From Balanoglossus misakiensis (taxonomy: Eukaryota; Animalia; Hemichordata), in assembly GCA_040954595.2 (NCBI GenBank), contig CM082589.2:7685186-7749185 (forward strand): a DNA stretch of 64,000 nt, in the 5' to 3' direction. This document shows, one piece after another, positions 1-12,992 of the stretch. The notes under the pieces are model-generated. The model saw only the letters and a list, made by a program, of their open reading frames with translations. It had not been told where the DNA came from and searched no databases. Every line of letters starts with the position of its first letter. The first letter of the stretch is position 1. Position numbers and translations under genes: made by a program.

Positions 1-10
1 CTACGTACAG

Positions 11-1331
11 TCGCAGCAGCGTTCCATGTTGAAGGTGCCGGTGGAAGGTACACCTTGGACTTCTTCGAGGCCGTGAGTGCGTGCAGTTCTATCAATGCAC
101 GCTTGGCAAGCTACGATGAACTGGTAGAAGCCTGGGAACAAGGTCTGGAAGAGTGTCGCGTTGGCTGGTTGGTTGGTCGACGTGCTGCATACCCCATGCA
201 AAGAAAGGACGGTGACTGTGGAAACAGAATAGGAGTCATTGATTGGGGATTCAAATCCCCAGGCGATCAGTATGACGTGTACTGTTATCCAGAAGGTGGG
301 TAATGTCGCACGCTTGCATTTCACATTCAGTGTCTTTGTTATGGATTGAGTGTCGTTTTGACATGTATGAAAAAGAGCGTTAGCTGAACCAGTTAACTTA
401 ATGACATTCACTGCATTAATATGCCCGATAACTGGAGATTTAAGTGTTTTACAAAAGAAGTGTTAACGACGTAAATGACCTATTTCCTTGTCTTAGATGG
501 TCAGCAATATGCAACAACTTTGAAGGGACAAATGCGTTTTGATCTTTGGTGAAATTTATTTGAAAACAATACAAGAAGTTTCTATTTTAGCAACAAATTT
601 CAGAAAGATAGAGAGACAGAGACAGACAGAAAGACAGCAGAGAGAGACAGAAACGGAGAGAGAGACAGAGACAGAGAGAGAGAGAAATAGACAAGAGACA
701 GAGAGAGATTGCTTGGACATAAACCACATGAGTCAAAATGACATTCAACCATAACTGACGAAGTTGCATTCAACCAAAAATATTCAAATTTATTTCCATG
801 TTCTGATATCATTTACAGCCTTGAATTTCCTCCGTTAGTGTGCAAAATAGAATGCTTTTAAAGCACTTATATACGTGTGGTTTTATTTTCCAGTAATAAA
901 AGTGTTCCACGTTGTTGGCGCCGGTGGTCGATACTCATTGAACTATGACTCTGCTAGAACTGCGTGCACAAATAACCAAGGACGCATAGCAACGTACGAT
1001 GAATTGGTAGAAGCTTGGGGCCAAGGTCTTGAAGAGTGCCTGGCTGGATGGTTAGAAGGTGGACGTGTTGCATACCCCATGCAAAGAGTGAACAGTGACT
1101 GCGGAGGCAAAATAGGAGTCATTGATTGGGGATTCAGACGTACAAGCGACCAGTATGATGTGTACTGTTATTCAGGAGGTAAGAAGAAATATAAAATTGA
1201 TAACATTCACACTACATTTTCAATGTTTTGGCCTGTTTGTGAATAAATGAGTTGTCAAACATTTACCAGAACAAGATAGCATACATCTTAGCATCGTTAC
1301 ATTCAAGCAATTTATATTTCGGTTAGATTAA
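11..1331 (+). CDS. 3' part of subtilase-Link-Link gene copy A: Link exon 1 (11-295), Link exon 2 (894-1178), terminal exon from 1327 with immediate TAA (1329-1331)
   Basis: Two 285-nt phase-1 exons with AG/GT ends. Each translates to a Link module (FHV..GRY.L....A..AC......A.Y.EL..AW..GLEEC..GWL....YPM.....CG...GVIDWG......YDVYCY). Nearly identical to copy B at offset ~18233. The gene start lies left of the window. Confidence 0.85.
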
Positions 1332-2023
1332 CAGTAGAGATGGCGAATGTGATGATGGTGGACCCAATTCGATATACAGCCTGTGCGATTATGGAACCGA
1401 CTGTGATGACTGTGGACCCCGCCCTCCACTGTGAATCAGCCTTCACTGAAACTCACAAGGGAAGATGGACATCATTCGCGTTAACACTGCGGTACATGCA
1501 TGAAAAAAATGACAATAGATTAGGATTTTCATCTTTCTCTGTAGCATTACAGTATACGACTTTTAAATTAAGCTACCCTCTTGGGTAGCTATCGTTGCTA
1601 TTGGTATTATCTTTTGGGAATAAAAATATTGGTTATTGCATTGATACGTTGTCATGGCATTAATATACTTATTTCTTTCGTCAAAAGTTACAAACTTACG
1701 TGTACATATACTTCACAACGTCACAAAAACGTATGATGAAATTGATAAAAAAAAAAAAAAAACTTATCCAATATTATATGTACATGTACAATACTATTAA
1801 ATCTGAAGATGTTGATGCCCAAGCTATAAATATGCAAGATGTGCATATATATTTCCAAATATCTTAACACTGAGTCAATAAAGTCTGATATAATTTGAAT
1901 ATATGAAATGAAGTACTACAAATGTAGTTGGCCTTTTCATGGCCATAATAAAATGACATTTGTGAAGGAAAGATCTCACACGACAGTACAGGAAAACATC
2001 AGTGTCTCACGAGATAGAATCGT

Positions 2024-2143
<120 letters not shown>

Positions 2144-3402
2144 GCGTGTGTACGTGTGTCAGACCTCGTCGCTTCGCCAGTGCAAAGTGCGCCCCTGGCG
2201 ATAGGACATGAGCAACGAGTACAAATGATATGCAGTGCTGGCGAAGTAAATGTCTATCAATCTGATTAAAATCATATGTAGGGTTGGCTCGATGTTTTCC
2301 TTTGCTGATCTTTGGTTATTCAGTTCTAGGTGTTGACTCAGCGAAATATAAGGTTGACCACCAAAGTGGCGTCAAATGGTCACCTGTGGGCATGTTTCTT
2401 TCAAGAAAATTATTGCTGGATGACTTCTTTTCAGCTGAAAATATTTAGCTAAATATATCCCGGCCGATGAGAAATTGTGTCTATAATATAGCAGCTCGGT
2501 ACGTTATTTAACCACGTACAAGACAAAAGCAGATACTGTCTAAACCAGCGATTGCATATTAAACCGCCATTCACTATGCATACTCAGATGATACTGTATA
2601 GTGGTACCAGAAATCACCTAAAGAAATAGTTATTCAGGAGAGACTTGGTTAACTGATGATACGTTTGTTACATTGGTTACTTTGAGACAACGCAATATGT
2701 TTTTTTAGAATGTACGTTGATCTAAAGTTATCCTCTATTGCTGTGCAGATCATATGTGGTACTGAAGTCCCATTATAAACCACCACATCATTAGTTTCTT
2801 TTTGCCTAGTACTTGTAATTGCAATATTATAAGAATTCTGTGTGTCTATCTTGTAATACTGTCTTCCACATTTGTACCATATTGGAGTCGTTCTCATCTA
2901 CTTGGCCAATAATATTGATCGCACCTGATGACAAATGAATTTACTCCTCTGCAGGGATAATTCTCCAGTCTAATTTCAGCCAGTAACAAAACTGGATCAG
3001 GGAAGCAGACTAAAAAATTTTATTCACTATTAAACTTAGATGTGCACTTTCATTGAATGTTTTGACTAATTAAGTACAATTGACAGGCTTAAGCTTTTTA
3101 TAATGATTTTAGAATCGTGCTTGGCATAAGATGGCATATATTTATTATTCATTCAGTACACAACTTGCACTATCTGTATTCCTAAAACTGTGGTAAACAA
3201 TCATATCATAACTTTGGCAAGTAAACAACTCACCATACACATTTTAGATTTTATTGTAGACTGAATGAAAGTTTTAATACCCTGATCAGTTTTACCTGCT
3301 ACCAATACTGATTTTGTGTCTTAAGGGGTAATTTGGGGAATCTTTGGGCATGACAACGTATGTTATATTCCACTGTCTGTGGAATGTAAAATGAAAGAAC
3401 CG

Positions 3403-3990
3403 TGTAACTGCCAGACACCCATGAACAATCAAATCTCGGACATGGCCTGACCGAGTCAGTCATATACTAAGCCATGGTTTAAACACAGGACAACAAACCA
3501 GACCAAACGTATGTCGGACTCACTACTGGTACATACCTTCAAGACCGGCTTCAACAACCACAAAGACTACTTCAAGAACCACGCCACAAAGAACAGCACA
3601 GAACTTAGTAAATAGCTGGAAATTAAAGGATGACAACATAGGACACAAAATCACATGAAAACCCATTAAACAAGCTAGCCCCTACACACCTATTAGCAAT
3701 AGATTCAATCTATGCCTTTGGGAGAAATATTTTATCATAAGCAAAACGAAACAGGCCACCCTCAATACACTCGTCAGCTAGCACGTCGCCACTCCAGCAA
3801 ATTCCTCCTAAAGAATTTCATAACCTAGCCGATTAATACTACCCGCCTAGCTCCACTCATTATTCACTGCCTTTCAAAATTAGGCCCATTGGCATACCTA
3901 TAATCTATACCTTTTATGAGTCACTGGACTCGCTCATCAGCAGATTAAACTGGTTAGTGAGCCCAATGACTAATGAAACAACATTGAAGA
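3403..3990 (+). mobile_element. Degraded Penelope-like retroelement 3' fragment (GIY-YIG endonuclease) with hammerhead-like remnants
   Basis: Across stops and frameshifts it reads CNC..LTESVIY*A.V..QTYVGLT..FK..FNNHK..F...STELSK..W.LK..I.*K.IKQASPY...[12 protein letters not shown]...TLN...RH..KFLLKNF. This matches the PLE GIY-YIG C-terminus. Confidence 0.75.
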
Positions 3991-4155
3991 CAATTATACC
4001 GCCTATCGTTTTGCTAGCTACCCTTTATATAACGAGTCATCCTTGGTTTGCTGTGTTGGCCCTGCATCATGTGTGGTGTATGCAAGAACTCGGTAAGAAA
4101 TCCAGTTGGCTAGTATTAATAGTACAGTAAAACATTATCTTTTCAAATCTATACA

Positions 4156-4427
4156 TCTGGCGAGCGACCTATCTCTTGATAATCAATCATTCTGACGATA
4201 TCCGTTTCTATTTGTATCTCTGATTCCCTACCTACCTACCTATCTATGTCTGTCTGTCAGTCTGCCTGCCTACCTACCTGTCGTCTGTCTCTGGCGAGCG
4301 ACCTATCTCTTGATAATCAATCATTCTGACGATATCCGTTTCTATTTGTATCTCTGATTCCCTACCTACCTACCTATCTATGTCTGTCTGTCAGTCTGCC
4401 TGCCTACCTACCTGTCGTCTGTCTCTG
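4156..4427. repeat. Perfect 134-bp tandem duplication, unit A only
   Basis: TCTGGCGAGCGACCTATCTC.. at 4156 and 4290; single copy at ~22429. Confidence 0.9.
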
Positions 4428-6473
4428 ACTCAGGGAGAGTGATTGACAAAGAGAGGGGAAGGGGGAGGGAGGGGGGGGGGAGAAAGAGAGTGAGAGCTGT
4501 TCTTTGGATATTGCGCCAACAGGAAGATGTACAGATTGACAAACACATATTGTACTACTATTATAGTAATACAGAATGAAAAGCATGGACAAAAGTATAA
4601 ATATATAAAAGTATAAAATGTGAAGGGTTCAGAAACTAGTGTAAATCCTGGTGAAGGGTAGCCCCTTAATAGAACAGGCTACTTCCTGTGCTCATCATTT
4701 ATGTTAGCATGGAAATTAAGACCCTTTTAACTTTTCTATTTTTATTCTTTAAGTTTGTTATCAGTCTTTCTATGGTTTTCCAACAAAATACCCCTGTTAT
4801 GGATTGCTGCATTGCAACCATGGAGGAATGAAGCATACTGTTGCAAATGCTTTGAAGGTCATGAATGTCCTGCTTCAATAATGGGATGAAATCATGAGAC
4901 ATTCTGAACTCATCTGCAGACTGTTGATACTCGATTGTGCTGTTTTGGCCTTTGTTTCGCATGTAACTGTGTTGTGCCTGCATAGCCAGTTGAGTAGTTG
5001 CTGACAGTCCACCACGTTGCAACTGTAAAATAAAGAAAAAACAAAAAAATTATCGTCAAGATGTACCAGTAATTTCTACAAAATACAGCTACCAAGTATG
5101 GTGCAATGTACATGACTACATGTACATGTTGTAATTTTAAGCCGAATTGTCCAACAATGATTTTCAGTAAGTTAATGATTTACTCTAAACCCAATGTGAA
5201 ATGTAGTACTTCTTACGTAGTCATGCTTACCAGGATAATTAAAAAGAGTGTTGATAAAAGTAACCATGAACATTATAAAAGTAAAACTTACAAAAGTTAT
5301 GAATGTAAACAAACTCGGGACAATGAATGTAAATATCAAGCATTAAACATGTATCAGGTGACAAAAAAGTGACAAAGTGGCTCTCGTGTTTACATTCATC
5401 GTCGCCATGTTGGTTTGAGTTCATAACTTCGTTTTCTGAAGATGTTTCGTTAAGAAAATGACACTGATATGCCACAAAAAGTGTTTCCTAAAGTTTCTTT
5501 TTACCACAATTCACCACATTGTAAACAAAAAATATATGATATAATTATGAAAGTGAGAAATTGAGACGGAAAAAGTTCTCTCTAAATTATTGTTTGGAAA
5601 AAGTAAATTTCTTCACTTAAAACAATTTGAAACAATAGACATAGACAAACTTCAACATTAGTTTAATATTCTTGATCTACATGAATACTAACAGAACACA
5701 AATTTTTAAGTAACTATAAGTACATTTAATTTTGTACTATCAAGAGTGAATTTATTATATTTTTCTAAATGATATAAATTACATTGTTTGTTCCATACAA
5801 TTTTTCAGTGGAATTAAATATTGCTGTTAAATTGTTCATCTCGTAATGTTAAACATGTTCTTTTATGTCAATATAAAAGGTTACTTTTGACACTTTTGAC
5901 TTTATGCACTTGTATTCTTGATTGTACATATTGTCAATTCATGACCATGGCCTATTAAAAATTTATCATATTGAGATTATCATATTTCAATAGGAAATAG
6001 CCCGTTCAAAAATTCTAACTCCTTAATGATTTAATTAATGCATTTGCGTTTGGGAACTATGTATTTTTATTTCAATTTTATTATTATATCCCAAACACCA
6101 CCAAAACTCAGTTTATTGAACAACAAACTTTTAACAAAACAATATTCTAAAGATGTGAGCTGTTTGTTTAAGTATGGGCATGACACAGATGACACAAAAA
6201 CTCCAAACTACATGCGTGTATCATCGAAATCGAGTTTTATGCAGGTGTAAATACCGTGATTTATAGCATTGTGCTATATCCCAGTATGCACATGTTCTTA
6301 GTGCATCACATCAATGGGGTCTGTCATCACATCCACATGCATTTAATAAAATAGTGTTACACTAAATATGAGTACAAACCTGCTAACTCGACGCTTGCCA
6401 ATACGGAACATGCATGGAAATCATATCGCAGTTAGGAAGAACGAAAACACCAAATGCAGACATTTCATTTAGC

Positions 6474-6848
6474 TAGTCTGGTCCCCTGCCCCAATCCCAC
6501 CGCTGGCTGCGCTACGCTAAAGGGAAAGGGGTCAGGTACGGCCCGATTTCAAACCCAGAAAGCTGGGAAAACCACGTGATCATAAACAAGATAGATGCCT
6601 CCACTGTCCGTACGCCAGTCAAGATTCATCCAGGCAGTTTATTTTGTTTCGTTTGTTGTAAAGAAATCGAATGATAAACATTCGTGGAGGTGAAGGAGAG
6701 AACGGGAAACGAGTATCTTACAACAACTTATCAACTTAATTTTCGTATGTATTGACCAATGAGAGCCTTGTTTACAATAGGCCGTGTCTGACCCTTTCCC
6801 TTTACCGTAGCGCAGCCAGCGGTGGGATTGGGGCAGGGGACCAGACTA
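6474..6848. mobile_element. MITE with ~60-bp TIRs, TAG..CTA termini and 10-bp TSD TTCATTTAGC (duplicate 24626-25000)
   Basis: TAGTCTGGTCCCCTGCCCC... / ...GGGGCAGGGGACCAGACTA, with the direct repeat at 6464-6473 and 6849-6858. Confidence 0.92.
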
Positions 6849-6876
6849 TTCATTTAGCGTGCCTCTTGCCACACAC

Positions 6877-7332
6877 TAGTCTCGGTTACCCAGACGCCTT
6901 TGCTCTTCCGATGCTCTCCAGAAAAGGGTCTGGGGAAATGCTATTGAAAGCTTTGTAAAACAAAATGGCCGATGTCAGGATTTTGATCATCGCCTGATTG
7001 GCTGAGCTGTCAGCATGACCCGGGTCACTGCAATAGTTTCGACAATCGTCTACCAAAGATATTTCATATAATTTCTCCAACAATGCTAACAGAGGACGCA
7101 TTTTGCCTTTCGCATCAACCAACAAGTACCGGTCTCTTGATATGAAGATACGACAAATAATCACACATTGTCGAGAGTCAGTGACCCGGGTCATACTGAC
7201 AGCTCAGCCAATCAGGCGATGATCAAAATCCTGACATCGGCCATTTTGTTTTACAAAGCTTTCAATAGCATTTCCCCAGACCCTTTTCTGGAGAGCATCG
7301 GAAGAGCAAAGGCGTCTGGGTAACCGAGACTA
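6877..7332. mobile_element. MITE with ~153-bp near-perfect TIRs, TAG..CTA termini and 9-bp TSD GCCACACAC (duplicate 25029-25484)
   Basis: TAGTCTCGGTTACCCAGACGCC... / ...GGCGTCTGGGTAACCGAGACTA, with the TSD at 6868-6876 and 7333-7341. Confidence 0.93.
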
Positions 7333-7382
7333 GCCACACACCTGAACGTGTGCTTAAATTAGCGCCCTCTTGTGGTAGATAT

Positions 7383-8078
7383 TTCGATGATAAAAAGATG
7401 TATTTTATAATTTCCGACATAAATTAACCATATTATGGGTGCCAAAAATATAATAAATAACAGTTAAAGAGTTTCATCACGTGTATACGTCTTTTGGCGT
7501 AGTTATTTTCACGCTACATACTAAAACTGCGAGGGTCGATCGTAAATGCTTAACTACTTTCAGTCTCTCGAACCCGAATCCGAAACTGAATCCGAAACTG
7601 AAACCGACACTAACTTCAGTATTCGGGTTCGAGAGACTGAAAGTAGTTTAGCATTTTCGGGCGACCATCGCGTTTTGGCATCTGCAGAACGAGTATGAAA
7701 ATAACTCTGTAAAAATATGAATATATTTGATTAAACTCTCTCGACATGTTATGTATGATATTTTTGGCACCAACACACTGTTTTTTCACATCGGAAATTG
7801 TTAAATACATATTTTATCATCGAAAAACATACTTCGATGATAAAAAATATAATATTTTGTAATTTTCGGCTTGAATTAACATTTTTGGGGTGAGAAAAAT
7901 GTCATACATAACAAATACAGATTAAATCAAATTTATTCGTGTTTTAGCAAAGTAATTTTTATACTCGTACTGCAGATGCCAAACCGCGATGGTCGCTCGA
8001 AAATGCTTAACTATTTTCAGTCTCTCGGAACCGAATCCGAATCCGAAAGTGAATCCGAAACCGAAACCGAATCCGAGT
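7383..8078. repeat. Three diverged ~200-240-bp units in +/-/+ orientation ending in (GAATCC/GAAACC)n; foldback-like (duplicate ~25535-26230)
   Basis: TTCGATGATAAAA...GCTTAACTACTTTCAGTCTCTCGAACCCGAA at 7383 and 7833, with an inverted copy at ~7620-7825. Confidence 0.75.
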
Positions 8079-8113
8079 CTTACTTCAGACCAACACTAAA
8101 GCATGATACAAGT

Positions 8114-8166
8114 TTGCTGCAGTTTTGCAGCCCCTCCGTCTCCCCTGGACTGCAAAACTGCAGCAA
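8114..8166. mobile_element. 53-bp micro-MITE with 17-bp TIR and 9-bp TSD GATACAAGT (duplicate 26266-26318)
   Basis: TTGCTGCAGTTTTGCAG / CTGCAAAACTGCAGCAA, flanked by GATACAAGT at 8105-8113 and 8167-8175. Confidence 0.75.
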
Positions 8167-8178
8167 GATACAAGTTAC

Positions 8179-8267
<89 letters not shown>

Positions 8268-8310
8268 AAAAAAAAATAAAAAAAATCATGATGATGATGA
8301 TGATGATGAT
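8179..8310. repeat. (ATG)n microsatellite (duplicate 26331-26459)
   Basis: Trinucleotide run, interrupted by an A-rich stretch. Confidence 0.97.
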
Positions 8311-8851
8311 AAAAAAAAATAAAAAAATCAATGTGTCATATCTTGCTATATTTGTCGATGTTGTAGATAACTGTAAAACGTTTAAATTTCTTATTATTAT
8401 CATCATCAACAACAACAACATTTCCTAAGCTCTCTATGTTGATGGTAAAGAATACAGCTCTACACCCAGTTTGAAGCATATGTTAATCACAAATTTTAAA
8501 ATCTAAAATGTACAAACAGTAACAGATAATGGATGCTAAGCTAATAAGTTCCCAAAGCCCCCGTTATCATTATTTAAACAAATATATTCGCATACGACCC
8601 TATCAGAGTGTGACCCACATCGGTCTAGACGCTGCGGATCACAGTTCATTTGCATTTTAACGAATTGTTGGTTATATCCCATATTTCAAAGACCACGTGA
8701 TCAAATCAATTCAACTTTGCTCTTTCACATCACGCGAGGACATTCAGTTCAGTTCATATCTAGGTCGAATATAATTTTACGATTTAGGCTGTCTCCGATT
8801 AGAAAGTTTCACTACCTCCTTGGTGAATTGATGTGTTGTTCAACTTATTTA

Positions 8852-9012
8852 GGCTGCATTCACAAACTCCTCTGGAGGGGGGGGGGGGAGGAGAATTGAG
8901 GGGGGGGGTTTGAAAAAATTGAGGGTTGTTGAGGGGGGCATGTGAAAATTAACGGTAAAAAAAATTGAGTCCTCCCGCCCCCCCCCCTCCAGAGGTGTTT
9001 GTGAATGCAGCC
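8852..9012. mobile_element. Tourist/PIF-Harbinger-like MITE with TTA TSD
   Basis: GGCTGCATTCACAAAC..CTCTGGAGGGGG / CCCCCTCCAGAG..GTTTGTGAATGCAGCC with TTA on both sides. The paralogous sites at ~27000 and ~28582 are empty. Confidence 0.88.
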
Positions 9013-10719
9013 TTAGAACTGCAATGTTAACGAAGGTGCACAGATGAAACAGCAGTGCAACTTCATAGTGCTAGTTCAACTCTTTCACCAACTTGGGTCA
9101 TTCAAAAACCATGTTTTTAATGGTAAAGTTAGACCTCTAAAGAAGGGACCAGGGGTGAAAGGGTAGCAGACAGACAGACAGGCAGGCAGACAGACAGACA
9201 GACCTACAGGCAGGCAGGCAGGCAGACAGGCAGACAGACAGACAGACAGGCAGACAGACAGACAGACCTACAGGCAGGCAGGCAGGCAGGCAGACAGACA
9301 GACAGACAGACGGGCAGGCAAGGAGGCCGAAAAAAGTTACACATAGCGCGCTAACATTGATAAATATTTAAACGTGTCCAATGCCCCAATTTACCGTCTG
9401 TATGTTTTTTTTTAACAAATACACAATTTTCTTTTTTCTATAAAAATTGTCATATTTATCATTTTGTTTGTGTGAATTCTATGTACCAGTAACATGTTGC
9501 ATTATAAATAAACCTGGTATATGCCAACAAAGATATCAATTACAGAGTAAATTGAATTCAAAACACAATTGGAAATATTTTGGGATAATTAATATTTCAT
9601 TGTAATAAACTCAGCGCAGTGTATGCATGTAGCATACACACTCGACATATTGTATCATGTTGTTTTGGTTTTTTTTTTTTTTTGGTGTTGTTTTTGGTGG
9701 TTTGGTTTGGTTTGGTTTGGTCATCAATGATAGAATACCACATTCTCCCCAAGTACAACGAATACTATTAGTTTTGTACGCGTTTTATCAGTATGCAATG
9801 ATACCAAAATAGTTTCAATCGTGTTGTCTTACACCCGACCCGTGCGAGTTATTTCTCAAAATAATTAGGTGAAATATATGAATGTACAATTTAAATTAAG
9901 AATATCCCGACTCTTTTTCTGATGTCGCGAGAGAATAGAGAAAATTAGCTTTGTTTGGTGTCACTGTACATGGCTTCACATGTACTGTTCATCTGCTGGA
10001 CTAGTTACTCGAGCTCAGACCAAAATACCGCGCGATCAGGTCACATGTTAACAGTCTAGGCCGGCTAACAAACAATTTAGCATTTGACTGTTGCCAACTC
10101 ATTGGTCGTTGGCCACAGCAGGGTAACACACAAGACCATAAACAGACAGACAGGCAGGCAGACAGATAGAAAAAAGTTACAGATAACGGGTTAAGTTTTA
10201 TAAACCTTTCAACATGTCCAGGCCCCATTCACCATTTACTTTTATCCACAAGCTGTTTGTCAACAAAAAACAAAATTTGCTATTTTCTTTAACAATTGTC
10301 AAATTTCTAACTTATTTTTCAATCATCGTAAGTACCAGTAACATGTTGCCTTATAAATAAACTAGGTTTTGCCGAGAAACTGAACAAACCAATTACAGAA
10401 TGAATTGAATTTGTAGCCCCGTGTAGGTTGTCTCTGATATTTGAATGTCCAGTTAAAAATAAACACGAACATCCCGACTCTTTTTCTGGTGTCGCGAGAG
10501 AATATAGTAGAGAAAATCAAAAGTATGTTTGGTGTCACTGTTTGTGAATTGAAAAAAAAATAAAAAAAATAAGTAGAGCACATGTACTGCTCATCCACTG
10601 GACTAGTTACTCACTTTCTTTAAAATTATAGCCTTTCCCCTCTAATACAACAGATGTTACTCGTTTATACACATTTCAGTCGTACAGTTCTAATTGCAGG
10701 GATAAAAAGTCAACACCAG

Positions 10720-11062
10720 CCAACCAACCAACCAAAGAAACAAACGAACAAACAAACAAACAAACGAACAAACACACACACACACACAAACAAACAAACA
10801 CAGACAGAAAGACAGACAGACATACAGGCAAGTCAACAAGAAACAAACAAACAAACAAAATACAAACCAAACACTGCAGTGAGGTACGAGATACAGTTCA
10901 TTAAAATTCTCGACACACACGTCTATATACATGGTATAGAGATAGATCGAACGATGGATGGATGGTTGGATAGGTGGGTGGGTGGGTGTGTTGGGTGGAC
11001 GGACGGACGGACAGACAGACAGACAGAGAGACAGAGAGACATACAGACAGACAGAGAGACAT

Positions 11063-11102
<40 letters not shown>

Positions 11103-11103
11103 T

Positions 11104-11192
<89 letters not shown>
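10720..11192. repeat. Compound microsatellite (AAAC, GGAT, GACA, long GATA run 11063-11192)
   Basis: Tetranucleotide runs. Confidence 0.95.
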
Positions 11193-11782
11193 GGTATTGC
11201 CAAAAAGACTTCCACATCTCCAGATTACCGTCTATAAGACATAAAACTATGTCTTTAAGTCCCCATATGCTTTGCCTCTGTCACCAGTTTTACATTTTAA
11301 TTCTGAGTACCAGTAACATTTGAGAACCATAAATAAATTTTACTGATATTCTCCACAAAAGAAAACCAATTACATATCGAGTACATGGAGCGATGGGTAA
11401 TGTAGTGACCTCCAATGACTTATCAGTTGGAGGTAATGTAGTGACCTCCAATGACTTATCAGTTGGACGATTGACGAAGCCGTGGCCACGCTACGTGTTA
11501 GCCTAAACATTTTGAATGGAACGCTAGCTTTAGAGATATGTCCTACACACCACCTAACACCTGTATGAAAAATAAGTGAACCGCCAATTATAAAATCCAA
11601 AATTTTGGGTTTTGAGTGAATGCATGTAGACATTTCCACATTATAATCAAACAGCGCCCTTGTGGCCTGAGTGTATATTAAAAACAGCGATGTAAGCACT
11701 CGATTACTCTCGACAAAAGGGTCTATTTTCAGTAACCAATAAACATAATTAACCGCTTGGTTGAGATCTTTTGGGGTAATAC

Positions 11783-11880
11783 CGGGGTGGTAGGAACGAG
11801 TAAGTGCAGTGCTGAAAAATGAAAACAGAATCGGGGTGGTAGGAACGAGTAAGTGCAGTGCTGAAAAATGAAAACAGAAT
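11783..11880. repeat. 49-bp perfect tandem duplication (plus a ~36-bp one at ~11396-11467)
   Basis: CGGGGTGGTAGGAACGAGTAAGTGCAGTGCTGAAAAATGAAAACAGAAT x2; single copy in the paralogous region near 31057. Confidence 0.9.
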
Positions 11881-12011
11881 AAGTTTACAGAATTACTATG
11901 TATAAAGCATATGTTCCTTCTTCATCATAAGCTATACCTGATAAAATGATGTCTAACTTTTTTCTCTTGAGTATTCATATATTTGGAGAGAAGCATGAGT
12001 ATGATTTTTAT

Positions 12012-12621
12012 GTCAAGTATGCGCAGGCTCAGACACGTTCCAAACTATCTGAACGGCCGAATGCTGAATTATGTCAATGTCTATAAATATCTTGGTCACC
12101 TTATCACTTGTGACCTTAGGGATAATGAGGACATTCTAGCTCAAACTCGACAATTCTATGTTCGCGGTAATGCTATTATTCGTGATTTTAAATTTGCGTC
12201 TATCTCTCTGTTAAATGTCATTTGTTTTCTGTGTTTTGTGATATCCCGTATTGCTCTTACTTATGGGGCGCTTTTTCTGTGTGTATTTAATGCAGTTAGG
12301 AGAGCTTACTCCCAGGTTTTCCGTAAATTGTCTGGTTTTAAACATTCTTTTATTCAGAGCAACAGTGCGATGTTTGTTAATCTTTCTATTTTAACTTTTG
12401 ATGAAATACTCCGGAAAAAAATCATTCAGCTTTTTAAGCAGACTCCACCTCTCAAGTAATCCACTTGTAGCCAGTGTTTAATCACTATCAGTGTTCTCAA
12501 ATAGTGGACTTTGGAAGGTTTGGAGTAGACGATTGTTTTGATGTTTTTATGGTGTTTTGTTTTGCTATGGATTATTTTATAATCTGAATTAAAGATGAAA
12601 TAATAATAATAATAATAATAA
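12012..12621 (+). mobile_element. 5'-truncated non-LTR retrotransposon (RT C-terminal/thumb region) with (TAA)n tail
   Basis: YLNGRMLNYVNVYKYLGHLITCDLRDNEDI...R.FYVRGNAIIR.F is typical of the LINE RT end, and (TAA)n lies at 12601-12620. Absent from the paralogous site at ~31245-31270. Confidence 0.8.
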
Positions 12622-12892
12622 CCGTATAAGAAAGTCCTAAAGTACTCCTTAACACCTGTTTCAGCAAAAGTACAACGTCCACAGCGTCGAATATATGGCA
12701 TGGGTCTAATAGCATGTAAGTTTCTTGGAAATGGGGTTAAAAAAGGCAATCGCTCATGTTGCGGGAACTGGTGCCTGGATAGTTGAAACGAAACTTTGAA
12801 ATGGGTTGAAAACTCAATTAAGCTGTTTAATACATGTGGAACTTAACGTGAGATGCATTGTTCATTGGAACAGAAATAAAACTTCAAATGCT

Positions 12893-12992
12893 TATAAAGG
12901 GACTGTTCTGCCTGTAGTTTGTGTGGTAACTTGGTACAGAGTCACTCGTTCGACTTTCACCATCTGCTTGACAAACAGCGGCGAAAACGAAG
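12893..12992 (+). promoter_or_regulatory. Putative TATA box and short non-coding first exon of protease copy B
   Basis: TATAAA at 12893-12898, donor AAG|GTATGT at 12992/12993 and acceptor AAAG| at 13454 upstream of the ATG. The block is conserved upstream of copy C. Confidence 0.5.

Noticed and set aside
1340-1588. [18 protein letters not shown].. (also 19577-19786)
   Set aside because: It is an off-frame reading of the Cys-rich terminal exon remnant and 3' UTR.
7570-8078. Short periodic repeats considered as a possible CRISPR-like array
   Set aside because: They are hexamer-type simple repeats without unique spacers, in a eukaryotic context with no cas genes.
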